From NCBI GenBank assembly GCA_964527275.1, contig CAZGPF010000001.1:1-30200 (forward strand): 30,200 nt of DNA, in the 5' to 3' direction. The notes under the pieces were generated by a model. It was not told where the DNA came from. It saw only the letters and a list, made by a program, of their open reading frames with translations, and did not search any database. Of the stretch, positions 1-7,378 are shown one piece after another (position 1 is the first letter of the stretch; each line of letters opens with the position of its first letter). The translations under genes were made by a program, and so were the position numbers. The stretch is from an uncultured Desulfosarcinaceae bacterium. Its GTDB lineage: Bacteria; Desulfobacterota; Desulfobacteria; Desulfobacterales; Desulfosarcinaceae.

Positions 1-52
1 TCGTTATAGTTCGTGCTTTTTTGTGCTTTTTGCCATTACGCTGAGTAGTTAC
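1..52 (+). mobile_element. Right-end fragment of a MITE-like element, truncated by the window start
   Basis: Positions 8-52 are identical over 45 nt to 21739-21783 and end in the terminal repeat CTGAGTAGTTAC. Positions 1-7 (TCGTTAT) differ from the equivalent TTGTTGC of the central copy by three transitions. Confidence 0.85.
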
Positions 53-97
53 AGCTTTTTTAACCACCTACACAGTTTAAGGATAAGGAGAAGATAA

Positions 98-1885
98 ATG
101 GGTAAAATTAAGATGACCACTGAAGAGGCCTTTGTGAAGATCCTGCAGATGCATGGAATCGAACATGCGTTTGGTATCATCGGTTCGGCTTTTATGCCGA
201 TATCCGACCTTTTTCCCAAAGCAGGGATCACCTTCTGGGATGTCGGACATGAAGGTAACGCCGGCATGATGGCGGACGGATTTACCCGCGCCTCCGGCAA
301 AATGTCCATGATGATCGCCCAGAACGGCCCCGGCATCACCAATTTCGTGACACCGGTTAAAACCGCCTACTGGAATCACACGCCCCTGCTGCTGGTCACT
401 GCCCAGGCGGCCAATATGACCATGGGTCAGGGTGGTTTCCAGGAGGTCCCCCAAATGGCTGTCTTTGAAGAGATGGTGGCCTACCAGGAAGAGGTCTTAC
501 ATCCCTCCCGGATAGCGGAGGTCCTCAGCCGGGTGATCGTGCAGGCCAGAAGGGCGTCCGCCCCGGCCCAGATTAATATCCCGCGGGACTTCTGGACCCA
601 GGTTATTGAGATTGAAATGCCCGCCAGCGTTGAATTGGAGTGTCCGGCCGGCGGCGAGGAGGCCATTGCCCAGGCGGCCGAACTTCTGTCCAAGGCAAAG
701 TTCCCGGTGATCTTGAACGGCGGTGGCGTGGTTATCGGCGGCGCCATTCAAGAGACCGTGGCCCTGGCTGAACGGCTGGACGCACCAGTATGCTGCGGCT
801 ATCAGCACAATGATGCCTTTCCGGGCAGCCATCCGCTGTTCGCCGGTCCTTTGGGCTACAATGGCTCCAAGGCCGGAATGCAGCTCATATCCAAGGCCGA
901 TGTGGTATTGGCTCTCGGCACGCGTTTGAATCCTTTCTCCACACTGCCGGGCTACGGCATCGATTACTGGCCAAACAAGGCTTCCATTATCCAGGTTGAT
1001 ATGAACCCCAATCGTATCGGCCTGACCAAACCGGTCGCCGTGGGTATTGCCGGAGACGCCAGCAAAGTCGCCAACGCGATTATGGCAAAGCTCACCCCCT
1101 CCGCCGGCGATGATGGCCGTGAAGAACGCAAAGCCGCCATCACAAAAATTAAAGCCGCCTGGACCCGAGAGCTGGCAACCATGGACCATGAAGATGATGA
1201 TCCCGGTACCACCTGGAACCAACGCGCCCAAGAGAGGGACCCTGAAAAAATGACGGTCCGCATGGCATGGCGCGCCATCATCAAGGCCTTGCCCAAAGAG
1301 GCCATCATCTCTTCGGATATTGGCAACAACTGCGCCATCGGCAATGCCTATCCGACTTTCGAGGCGGGGCGCAAATATCTGGCGCCGGGCATGTTCGGAC
1401 CCTGCGGGTACGGATTTCCGGCTATCCTGGGCGCGAAAATCGCCAAGCCCGACGTTCCGGTGGTGGGTTTTGCCGGCGACGGCGCCTTCGGCATCTCGAT
1501 GAACGAGATGACAGCCTGCGGCCGCAAGGAGTGGCCAGCCATTACCATGATCATCTTCCGCAACTATCAGTGGGGGGCGGAGAAACGCAATACCACCCTT
1601 TGGTATGACGACAACTTTGTAGGCACCGAACTAGATATCGCTGTCTCTTACGCCGGCATAGCCAAGGCCTGCGGCATGGAAGGTGTTCAGGTCACCACCC
1701 CGGATGCCTTGACCGAGGCCTTGGACAGGGCCGTCAAGGCTCAGATGGAAGATGGCCGCACGACCTTTATCGAGGTGCTGAACAATCAGGAGCTGGGCGA
1801 ACCCTTCCGTCGTGATGCCATGAAAAAGCCGGTTGTCGCGGCGGGGATCGACAAGCAGGAGATGCGTCCCCAGAAGGGTGTATAA
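98..1885 (+). CDS. xsc: Sulfoacetaldehyde acetyltransferase (ThDP-dependent)
   Basis: 595 aa. N-terminus MTTEEAFVKILQMHGIEHAFGIIGSAFMPISDLFP and QNGPGITNFVT..KTAYWNHTP are typical of Xsc. ThDP motif GDGAFGISMNE..N and C-terminal ELGEPFRRDAMKKPV. AAGGAG Shine-Dalgarno upstream. Confidence 0.93.
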   Translation: MGKIKMTTEEAFVKILQMHGIEHAFGIIGSAFMPISDLFPKAGITFWDVGHEGNAGMMADGFTRASGKMSMMIAQNGPGITNFVTPVKTAYWNHTPLLLVTAQAANMTMGQGGFQEVPQMAVFEEMVAYQEEVLHPSRIAEVLSRVIVQARRASAPAQINIPRDFWTQVIEIEMPASVELECPAGGEEAIAQAAELLSKAKFPVILNGGGVVIGGAIQETVALAERLDAPVCCGYQHNDAFPGSHPLFAGPLGYNGSKAGMQLISKADVVLALGTRLNPFSTLPGYGIDYWPNKASIIQVDMNPNRIGLTKPVAVGIAGDASKVANAIMAKLTPSAGDDGREERKAAITKIKAAWTRELATMDHEDDDPGTTWNQRAQERDPEKMTVRMAWRAIIKALPKEAIISSDIGNNCAIGNAYPTFEAGRKYLAPGMFGPCGYGFPAILGAKIAKPDVPVVGFAGDGAFGISMNEMTACGRKEWPAITMIIFRNYQWGAEKRNTTLWYDDNFVGTELDIAVSYAGIAKACGMEGVQVTTPDALTEALDRAVKAQMEDGRTTFIEVLNNQELGEPFRRDAMKKPVVAAGIDKQEMRPQKGV

Positions 1886-1989
1886 GGCGCAATTTGAAAA
1901 TATGAGAGTTGGCACCATGAGCAGGGGGCTAGCGCCACTTCTCCTGGTGCCGCCTGGAGAATCTTTAGCCCATTACCGGAGACCGAAAA

Positions 1990-3360
1990 ATGATTGATCT
2001 TAGAAACATTCCGTCGTCCAAAGAAGACCTTGACCGCTATGAAGTGGAAAACAATTTCCAGTCATGGTCCTATCAAACCGAACAGTCGCCTCCACGGGTC
2101 GTATCGGCCAAAGGGGTTCGTTTTACAACTGAGGACGGAAGGGAGCGACTCGATTTCAGCTCCTGTTTCGTCAGCCACAACATCGGTCATCAGGACGCAC
2201 GAGTGGTGGATGCGATCTGCGCACAGGCCAGAACCTTGACCTCCTTTGCTCCCAGCATGTCAACAAAACCTCGGGCCCTGTTCGCTAAAATGATGGCCGA
2301 AATCACCCCCGGCGATCTGTCGCGTTCATTCATATCCCTGGGAGGTACCGAAGCCAACGAGGCGGCCGTAAAAATCGCCCACCAGTATACCGGACGGCGC
2401 AAGATTGTGACCCGTTTCCGTACCTATCACGGCGCAACGGCCACATCGATGTCCCTCTCCGCCGGCGATTCCCGTAGCTGGGCCCAGGTGTTGGGAGGCA
2501 CGGAGATAGTTCGCGTGCCCCAGCCGTACTGCTACAGGTGCATGTTCGGCCAGAAATATCCAGACTGCGATCTGCAATGCGTCAAGTATGTCGATGAGGT
2601 CATTGAGCTGGAGGGGGGCGGTGACAAGGTGGCCGGCATCATTTGTGAGCCGGTAACCGGCGCCAACGGCATTATCGTCCCTCCGCCGGAGTATTTTCCC
2701 GAACTGCGCAAAGTTTGCGATAAATGGGGCGCGCTGCTGATCGCCGATGAAGTGATGACCGGATTCGGCCGCACCGGCAAATGGTTTGCAATGGATCATT
2801 GGGATGTGGTGCCCGACATCATGACCCTGGCCAAGGGCATGACCTGCGGCTATCAGCCACTGGGCGTCACCATCGTACGTACGCATATCGGCGAGCGGTT
2901 CAAGGGACAGTTCTTCAGCCACGGGGCTACCTACGCCGGCCATGCGCTGGGTTGCGCTACGGCCTTGTCCCTCATACCCATCTATGAGGAGGACAATCTC
3001 ATCGAAAACTCCGCCAGGCTGGGCGAGTATCTTCTTCAAAGAGCCCTGGAACTCAAGGAGCGGCATGCCTGCGTTGGAGATGTTCGCGGGCTGGGACTTT
3101 TCGTAGGGCTCGAACTGATCAAGAACAAGAAGACCAAAGAGCCGTTGACGGCCGTGGACGCCAAAATCCGGCCGGGCCTGAATCCCAAACTGGAAATCGC
3201 CAAAAAACTTGGTGAATTGGGGATCATGGCCATGGCCGCCAATCCTGTAAACGTTATCGCCCTGGCGCCGCCGCTTATCATTACCAAGGACGAAATCGAC
3301 GAAGGTATTGAGAAAATAGACAAGGCCCTCGAAGTCGGTGACGGCTATGTCGAGGAGTAA
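1990..3360 (+). CDS. Class-III PLP aminotransferase, putative taurine/aminosulfonate transaminase
   Basis: 456 aa with GGTEANE, YHGAT, EPVTG, LIADEVMTGFGRTG, PDIMTLAKG (PLP lysine) and GDVRGLGLF. The substrate is inferred only from its position directly after xsc. Confidence 0.85.
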   Translation: MIDLRNIPSSKEDLDRYEVENNFQSWSYQTEQSPPRVVSAKGVRFTTEDGRERLDFSSCFVSHNIGHQDARVVDAICAQARTLTSFAPSMSTKPRALFAKMMAEITPGDLSRSFISLGGTEANEAAVKIAHQYTGRRKIVTRFRTYHGATATSMSLSAGDSRSWAQVLGGTEIVRVPQPYCYRCMFGQKYPDCDLQCVKYVDEVIELEGGGDKVAGIICEPVTGANGIIVPPPEYFPELRKVCDKWGALLIADEVMTGFGRTGKWFAMDHWDVVPDIMTLAKGMTCGYQPLGVTIVRTHIGERFKGQFFSHGATYAGHALGCATALSLIPIYEEDNLIENSARLGEYLLQRALELKERHACVGDVRGLGLFVGLELIKNKKTKEPLTAVDAKIRPGLNPKLEIAKKLGELGIMAMAANPVNVIALAPPLIITKDEIDEGIEKIDKALEVGDGYVEE

Positions 3361-3460
3361 GCATTGAGGAACGCCGTAACTCCGTTCGCGGGGTTCGCCC
3401 CTGGACGGACAACCGCCGCTATTGGGCTTGATGAGGGCTGCAATCGACTGGAGGGCTCCC

Positions 3461-4183
3461 ATGCAAAAGGGAATTCGACACACTAGCGGCGGCCTGTTGG
3501 AATTGAGATCATTAAGAGAACAGGTATACGATTACCTTCGTGAGGAGATGCAAAGCGGCAGGCTATTGTCCGGGTCGCTAATCAAGCCTAAGGAGATAAG
3601 TGAAAAGCTAGGCATCAGCAAAACGCCCCTTAGAGATGCGCTCATTCAGATGGAGTGTGAAGGGTTTGTCTCCATACTGCCGCGCCGTGGAGTCAGGGTT
3701 CGCAAGCTAAACATAGAGGACATCAAGAACATCCTGGAAGTTATAGGCGCCCTGGAAAGCGCGGTGGTGCTCTCGGTTTTTCCGCAGCTTGACACCACCC
3801 ATATCGAGGCCCTGCGAGGGTTGAACAACAAGATGGCCGTGGCCATCGAGGATGAAGACTTCAAGAGCTATTACGACCTGAATATCTCCTTTCACAATGT
3901 CTTTTTGCAGCTATCTGAAAACAACACCATGCATGGGATACTCATGCCGCTGAAACAGCGCTTATACGACTTTCCGCGCCGTGCCTATATAAAGGAGTGG
4001 GAGCTGATCAACTGTGAGGAGCATGCCCAGTTTATTGAGTTTATCGAAAAGGGTGACCCCCAGAGAGCTGCCGCCCTGATGCGAGACTTCCACTGGTCTT
4101 TTGAGGCCTATGAAAAGTTCATCCGGCGTTTCTACTTCGGCTCCGAGAAACGCATTGAGTCTGAACTGGCCTGGTGCAAATGA
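3461..4183 (+). CDS. GntR-family (FadR/FCD-type) transcriptional regulator
   Basis: wHTH segment LREQVYDYLREEM..ISEKLGISKTPLRDALIQMECEGFV..PRRG, followed by an FCD-like domain (NISFH, EEHAQFIE). ATG 3461 chosen because GGAGG lies upstream; the ORF track starts at 3422. Confidence 0.88.
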   Translation: MQKGIRHTSGGLLELRSLREQVYDYLREEMQSGRLLSGSLIKPKEISEKLGISKTPLRDALIQMECEGFVSILPRRGVRVRKLNIEDIKNILEVIGALESAVVLSVFPQLDTTHIEALRGLNNKMAVAIEDEDFKSYYDLNISFHNVFLQLSENNTMHGILMPLKQRLYDFPRRAYIKEWELINCEEHAQFIEFIEKGDPQRAAALMRDFHWSFEAYEKFIRRFYFGSEKRIESELAWCK

Positions 4184-5412
4184 CGAGCGACAAGCAGACT
4201 AATAAGCATATTTTAGTTGTCAATGCAGGCAGCTCCTCCGTCAAATTTACCCTCTTCCAAAAAGAAGATCTGCGGATGGTTGCCGAAGGTCTTGTTGAGC
4301 GCATCGGCCATCGCAACACTCAGGTGCTTTACAAAACCTCAGCGGGCGTGCGCGTAACCCGTAAGACGAAGGTTAGAGAGACGCGGGAAGCCGTTGAACT
4401 GGCAGCCGATATCATCATGGACAAGGATTGCGGAGTAATACAATCCAAGGCCGAGATCGGCGCTATTGGTCACCGGGTCGTCCATGGCGGCGAATATGTG
4501 AAAGAGGCCGCTGTTATCGATGAGCGTCTCACGGAGATCATCAGGGATTGTTTCGATCTGGCGCCGCTGCACAATCCCCCAAACCTGAAAGGCATTGAAG
4601 CCTGCCAGGAGCTCTTCCCCGGCGTTGCCCAAGTGGCCGTCTTTGATACAGCCTTCCATGCCAATCTGCCGGAGCATGCCTTTCTCTATGGTTTGCCTTA
4701 TGACCACTACCGGGAATACAAAATCCGCAGGTACGGCTTCCATGGCACCAGCCATAAATATGTGAGCCGCAAAGCTGCGGAAATGGTTGAACAGCCGCTT
4801 TCAGCCTTGAAGATGGTTACCTGTCATCTGGGTAATGGCTGCAGCATGGCGGCGGTCAATGAGGGCCGCAGCATCGACACCAGCATGGGGTTGACGCCTT
4901 TGGAGGGGCTGATCATGGGAACGCGTTGCGGTGATATCGATCCGAGCATCCCCCTCCACCTGATGCGCCGGCACAAAATGAGCCCGGAGCAGGTCGAAGA
5001 TCTGCTAAATCGGCAAAGTGGTCTGCTGGGTCTGGGCGGCATCGGGAGCAGTGACATGCGGGACATCGAGGCCGCTATCATCGCCGGCAACCGGCAAGCG
5101 GCAACGGCGGTACGGATTTTGGCATACCGGATCAAAAAATACATCGGCGCCTACACCTTTGCCATGGGGGGGCTCGATGTCATTGTTTTTACCGCCGGTG
5201 TCGGCGAGAATTCGGCCCTGATGCGCGCAAAGATATGCCAGGGGCTGGAACAGATGGGGATCGTAATCGATCAGGCGCTCAATGCAGCCCAAGAGCCGCA
5301 ATGCCGCCAGATCCAGTGCGAAGATGGCAGGGTGAAAATAGTGGTTATGCCCACCAATGAAGAGCAGGAGATTGCACTGCAGGTTATGGGCGTGCTTGCC
5401 GCGCCAACCTAG
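4180..5412 (+). CDS. ackA: Acetate kinase
   Basis: Motifs ILVVNAGSSSVKF, GHRVVHGG, APLHNP, FDTAFH, YGFHGTSH, HLGNGCS, GTRCGDID and FTAGVGEN. The ATG at 4180 overlaps the gntR stop (ATGA). Ends in TAG. Confidence 0.95.
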   Translation: MTSDKQTNKHILVVNAGSSSVKFTLFQKEDLRMVAEGLVERIGHRNTQVLYKTSAGVRVTRKTKVRETREAVELAADIIMDKDCGVIQSKAEIGAIGHRVVHGGEYVKEAAVIDERLTEIIRDCFDLAPLHNPPNLKGIEACQELFPGVAQVAVFDTAFHANLPEHAFLYGLPYDHYREYKIRRYGFHGTSHKYVSRKAAEMVEQPLSALKMVTCHLGNGCSMAAVNEGRSIDTSMGLTPLEGLIMGTRCGDIDPSIPLHLMRRHKMSPEQVEDLLNRQSGLLGLGGIGSSDMRDIEAAIIAGNRQAATAVRILAYRIKKYIGAYTFAMGGLDVIVFTAGVGENSALMRAKICQGLEQMGIVIDQALNAAQEPQCRQIQCEDGRVKIVVMPTNEEQEIALQVMGVLAAPT

Positions 5413-5494
5413 TTCCGGGCGCAGTCTTGGAACTGATCTTCATCCTCCTCCCCAGGGGAACGGCTTTTTCCGTACCAGGCCGGGAACCCAAAAT

Positions 5495-6463
5495 TCATGA
5501 CTTCAATTTCCGCAACTGCTCTGTCACGGCCGGAACCATCTCGAACAGATCGCCGACGATGCCGTAATCGGCATACCTGAAGATCGGGGCGTCTGCATCC
5601 TTGTTGATGGCCACGATCACATCGGAGTTGCGAATGCCGGCGATATGCTGAATGGACCCGGAGATGCCGCAGGCAAAGTAAATTTTGGGCGTGACCACTT
5701 TGCCTGTCTGTCCCACCTGGTCCGACACCGGCCGCCAACCCTCGTCCACGGCGTTTCTGGAGGCCCCGATGGCACCGTTGAGTTCGGCTGCCAGCGCTTC
5801 CAGAATGCTGTAATCTGGGCCGGCCATGCCGCGGCCGCCAGAGATAACATAGTCGGCTTCTGTGAGCTCTAATTTGCCGCTGGTGTCGATCTTCTTCTCC
5901 ACGATGCGGGTGCGGATATTCTCCACCATGGCTTGGGCCGTTTCAACTTCGGCGCTATCGTTTGTCTCCACGATTTTGGCCACGTTGGGGCGCAACAGGG
6001 CCAATTTAGGTTTACCATCGATACGCGTGCGGCTGACCACCTTGCCGCCATAAAGCGCCCGGGTGGCCACCAGCTCTCCATCCTCAAGTTCAAGGGCGGA
6101 GCACTCGCAGGCTAGGCCAGTGTCCAACCGCGCCGCCAAGCGGGCAAAAAGGTCCTTGCCGAATACCGAAGAGGCGGCCAGCACGATTTGTGGTCCAATG
6201 CTCTCAATGGCGGCTTCCAAGGTGTCGGTGTAGGCGTCCGTGGAGTAGTCGGCCAATTGCGGTGCGTCGGCGGCGAATACCTTTTTGGCGCCGTATTTTC
6301 CCAGTTCGGATGCCATCTCAGTCACACCAGCGCCCATAACCACGGCGATCAGCTCACCTTCCAACTGGTCGGCCAGGCGGCGGCCTTCACTGACAACCTC
6401 GAAGGCGCTCTTTCTGAATATGCCGTCAACCTGTTCTGCGAATACAACTATTGTTTGAGCCAT
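5495..6463 (-). CDS. etfA: Electron transfer flavoprotein alpha subunit
   Basis: 322 aa from MAQTIVVFAE (ATG at 6463, AGGGAG upstream). FAD-binding motifs SGGRG, ASRNAVDEGW, QVGQTGK, GISGSIQH and AINKD..APIF. Confidence 0.93.
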   Translation of the reverse strand: MAQTIVVFAEQVDGIFRKSAFEVVSEGRRLADQLEGELIAVVMGAGVTEMASELGKYGAKKVFAADAPQLADYSTDAYTDTLEAAIESIGPQIVLAASSVFGKDLFARLAARLDTGLACECSALELEDGELVATRALYGGKVVSRTRIDGKPKLALLRPNVAKIVETNDSAEVETAQAMVENIRTRIVEKKIDTSGKLELTEADYVISGGRGMAGPDYSILEALAAELNGAIGASRNAVDEGWRPVSDQVGQTGKVVTPKIYFACGISGSIQHIAGIRNSDVIVAINKDADAPIFRYADYGIVGDLFEMVPAVTEQLRKLKS

Positions 6464-6503
6464 CAATATTCTCCCTGATTGCTGAAAAGTCCGGGTTAAA
6501 CCT

Positions 6504-7292
6504 CTATAGCACCTCGTCCGCCTGCAGGCACTTGACCAGCTCAGCGGCCTTGTCCACCACCGTCTCTCCATCGATGATGCGACCGGGCTCTCTTTCCGGC
6601 GGCCGGGCCAAGGAGCAAATGGCCACCTTGGCGCTTTGCGGGCCGACCTCGGCGGCTGACACCTCCAGGTCGGATAGCGGTTTTTTGACCAAGGGTTTTT
6701 TCTTAGCCCGCATGATGTTGGGCAGCGAGGCATACCTAGGCTCGTTGATCCCTCGCTGGGTGGTCAGCACGACCGGCAGATCCGCCTCCACAACCATTAT
6801 GCCGCCCTCCACCAACTGTTCGCAAGTGATGCGTCCGTCGGTGATCTCCTGTTTGGTCACGAAATTAATCTGGGGCAGATCGAGATATTCGGCCACCGCA
6901 GCCGGTACCTGGTAGCTGTCGTCATCCACAGCCCGGATGCCGGCGAGGATCAGGTCGTGGGGAACGGTTTTGGCAGCCGCAGCCAATATTTTAGCAGTGC
7001 CCAGGGCATCGCTGCCTTCGGCGGCTGGATCTTCGATGAGCAAGGCTTCGTCGGCACCCATGGCCAGGGCGGTGCGCAGGGCCGCTTCGCAGCGGCGTGG
7101 CCCCACGGAGAGTGCCGTTACCTTTCCGTGGCCGATCTTTTCTTTGATCCGCAACGCCTCTTCAAGGGCCAGCTCATCATAAGGATTGATAATCCATTTG
7201 ACGTTTTGGGTCTTCACTGTTGCGGTCGCGGTGTCGACCTCCATCAGGGACTCGGTGTCAGGAACTTGTTTGACTAATACGATGATGTTCAA
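6504..7292 (-). CDS. etfB: Electron transfer flavoprotein beta subunit
   Basis: MNIIVLVKQVPDT, INPYDELALEEAL, ALAMGAD, AGIRAVDDDSYQV and INEPRYASLPNIMRAKKK. TTG start with AAGGAG upstream. Ends in TAG. Confidence 0.93.
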   Translation of the reverse strand: MNIIVLVKQVPDTESLMEVDTATATVKTQNVKWIINPYDELALEEALRIKEKIGHGKVTALSVGPRRCEAALRTALAMGADEALLIEDPAAEGSDALGTAKILAAAAKTVPHDLILAGIRAVDDDSYQVPAAVAEYLDLPQINFVTKQEITDGRITCEQLVEGGIMVVEADLPVVLTTQRGINEPRYASLPNIMRAKKKPLVKKPLSDLEVSAAEVGPQSAKVAICSLARPPEREPGRIIDGETVVDKAAELVKCLQADEVL

Positions 7293-7378
7293 CTTGAATC
7301 TCCTTGCAGGCTATAGGCCGATGCCGCAGCAGCGGCCCATAGTGGTGTTGCCAGCGGTACGGGTAGCTGCGGTTGGGC

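Noticed and set aside
3382-3408. GGGG-TTCG-CCCC hairpin after the aminotransferase as an intrinsic terminator
   Set aside because: No U-tract follows. It may be an mRNA stability hairpin, but this cannot be supported further.
6504-7292. Electron-bifurcating Etf
   Set aside because: EtfB reads GIRAVDDDSYQV rather than the QAIDGDTAQVG-type motif I associate with bifurcating Etfs, and no acyl-CoA dehydrogenase or FixCX partner is adjacent. This is a by-eye judgement only.
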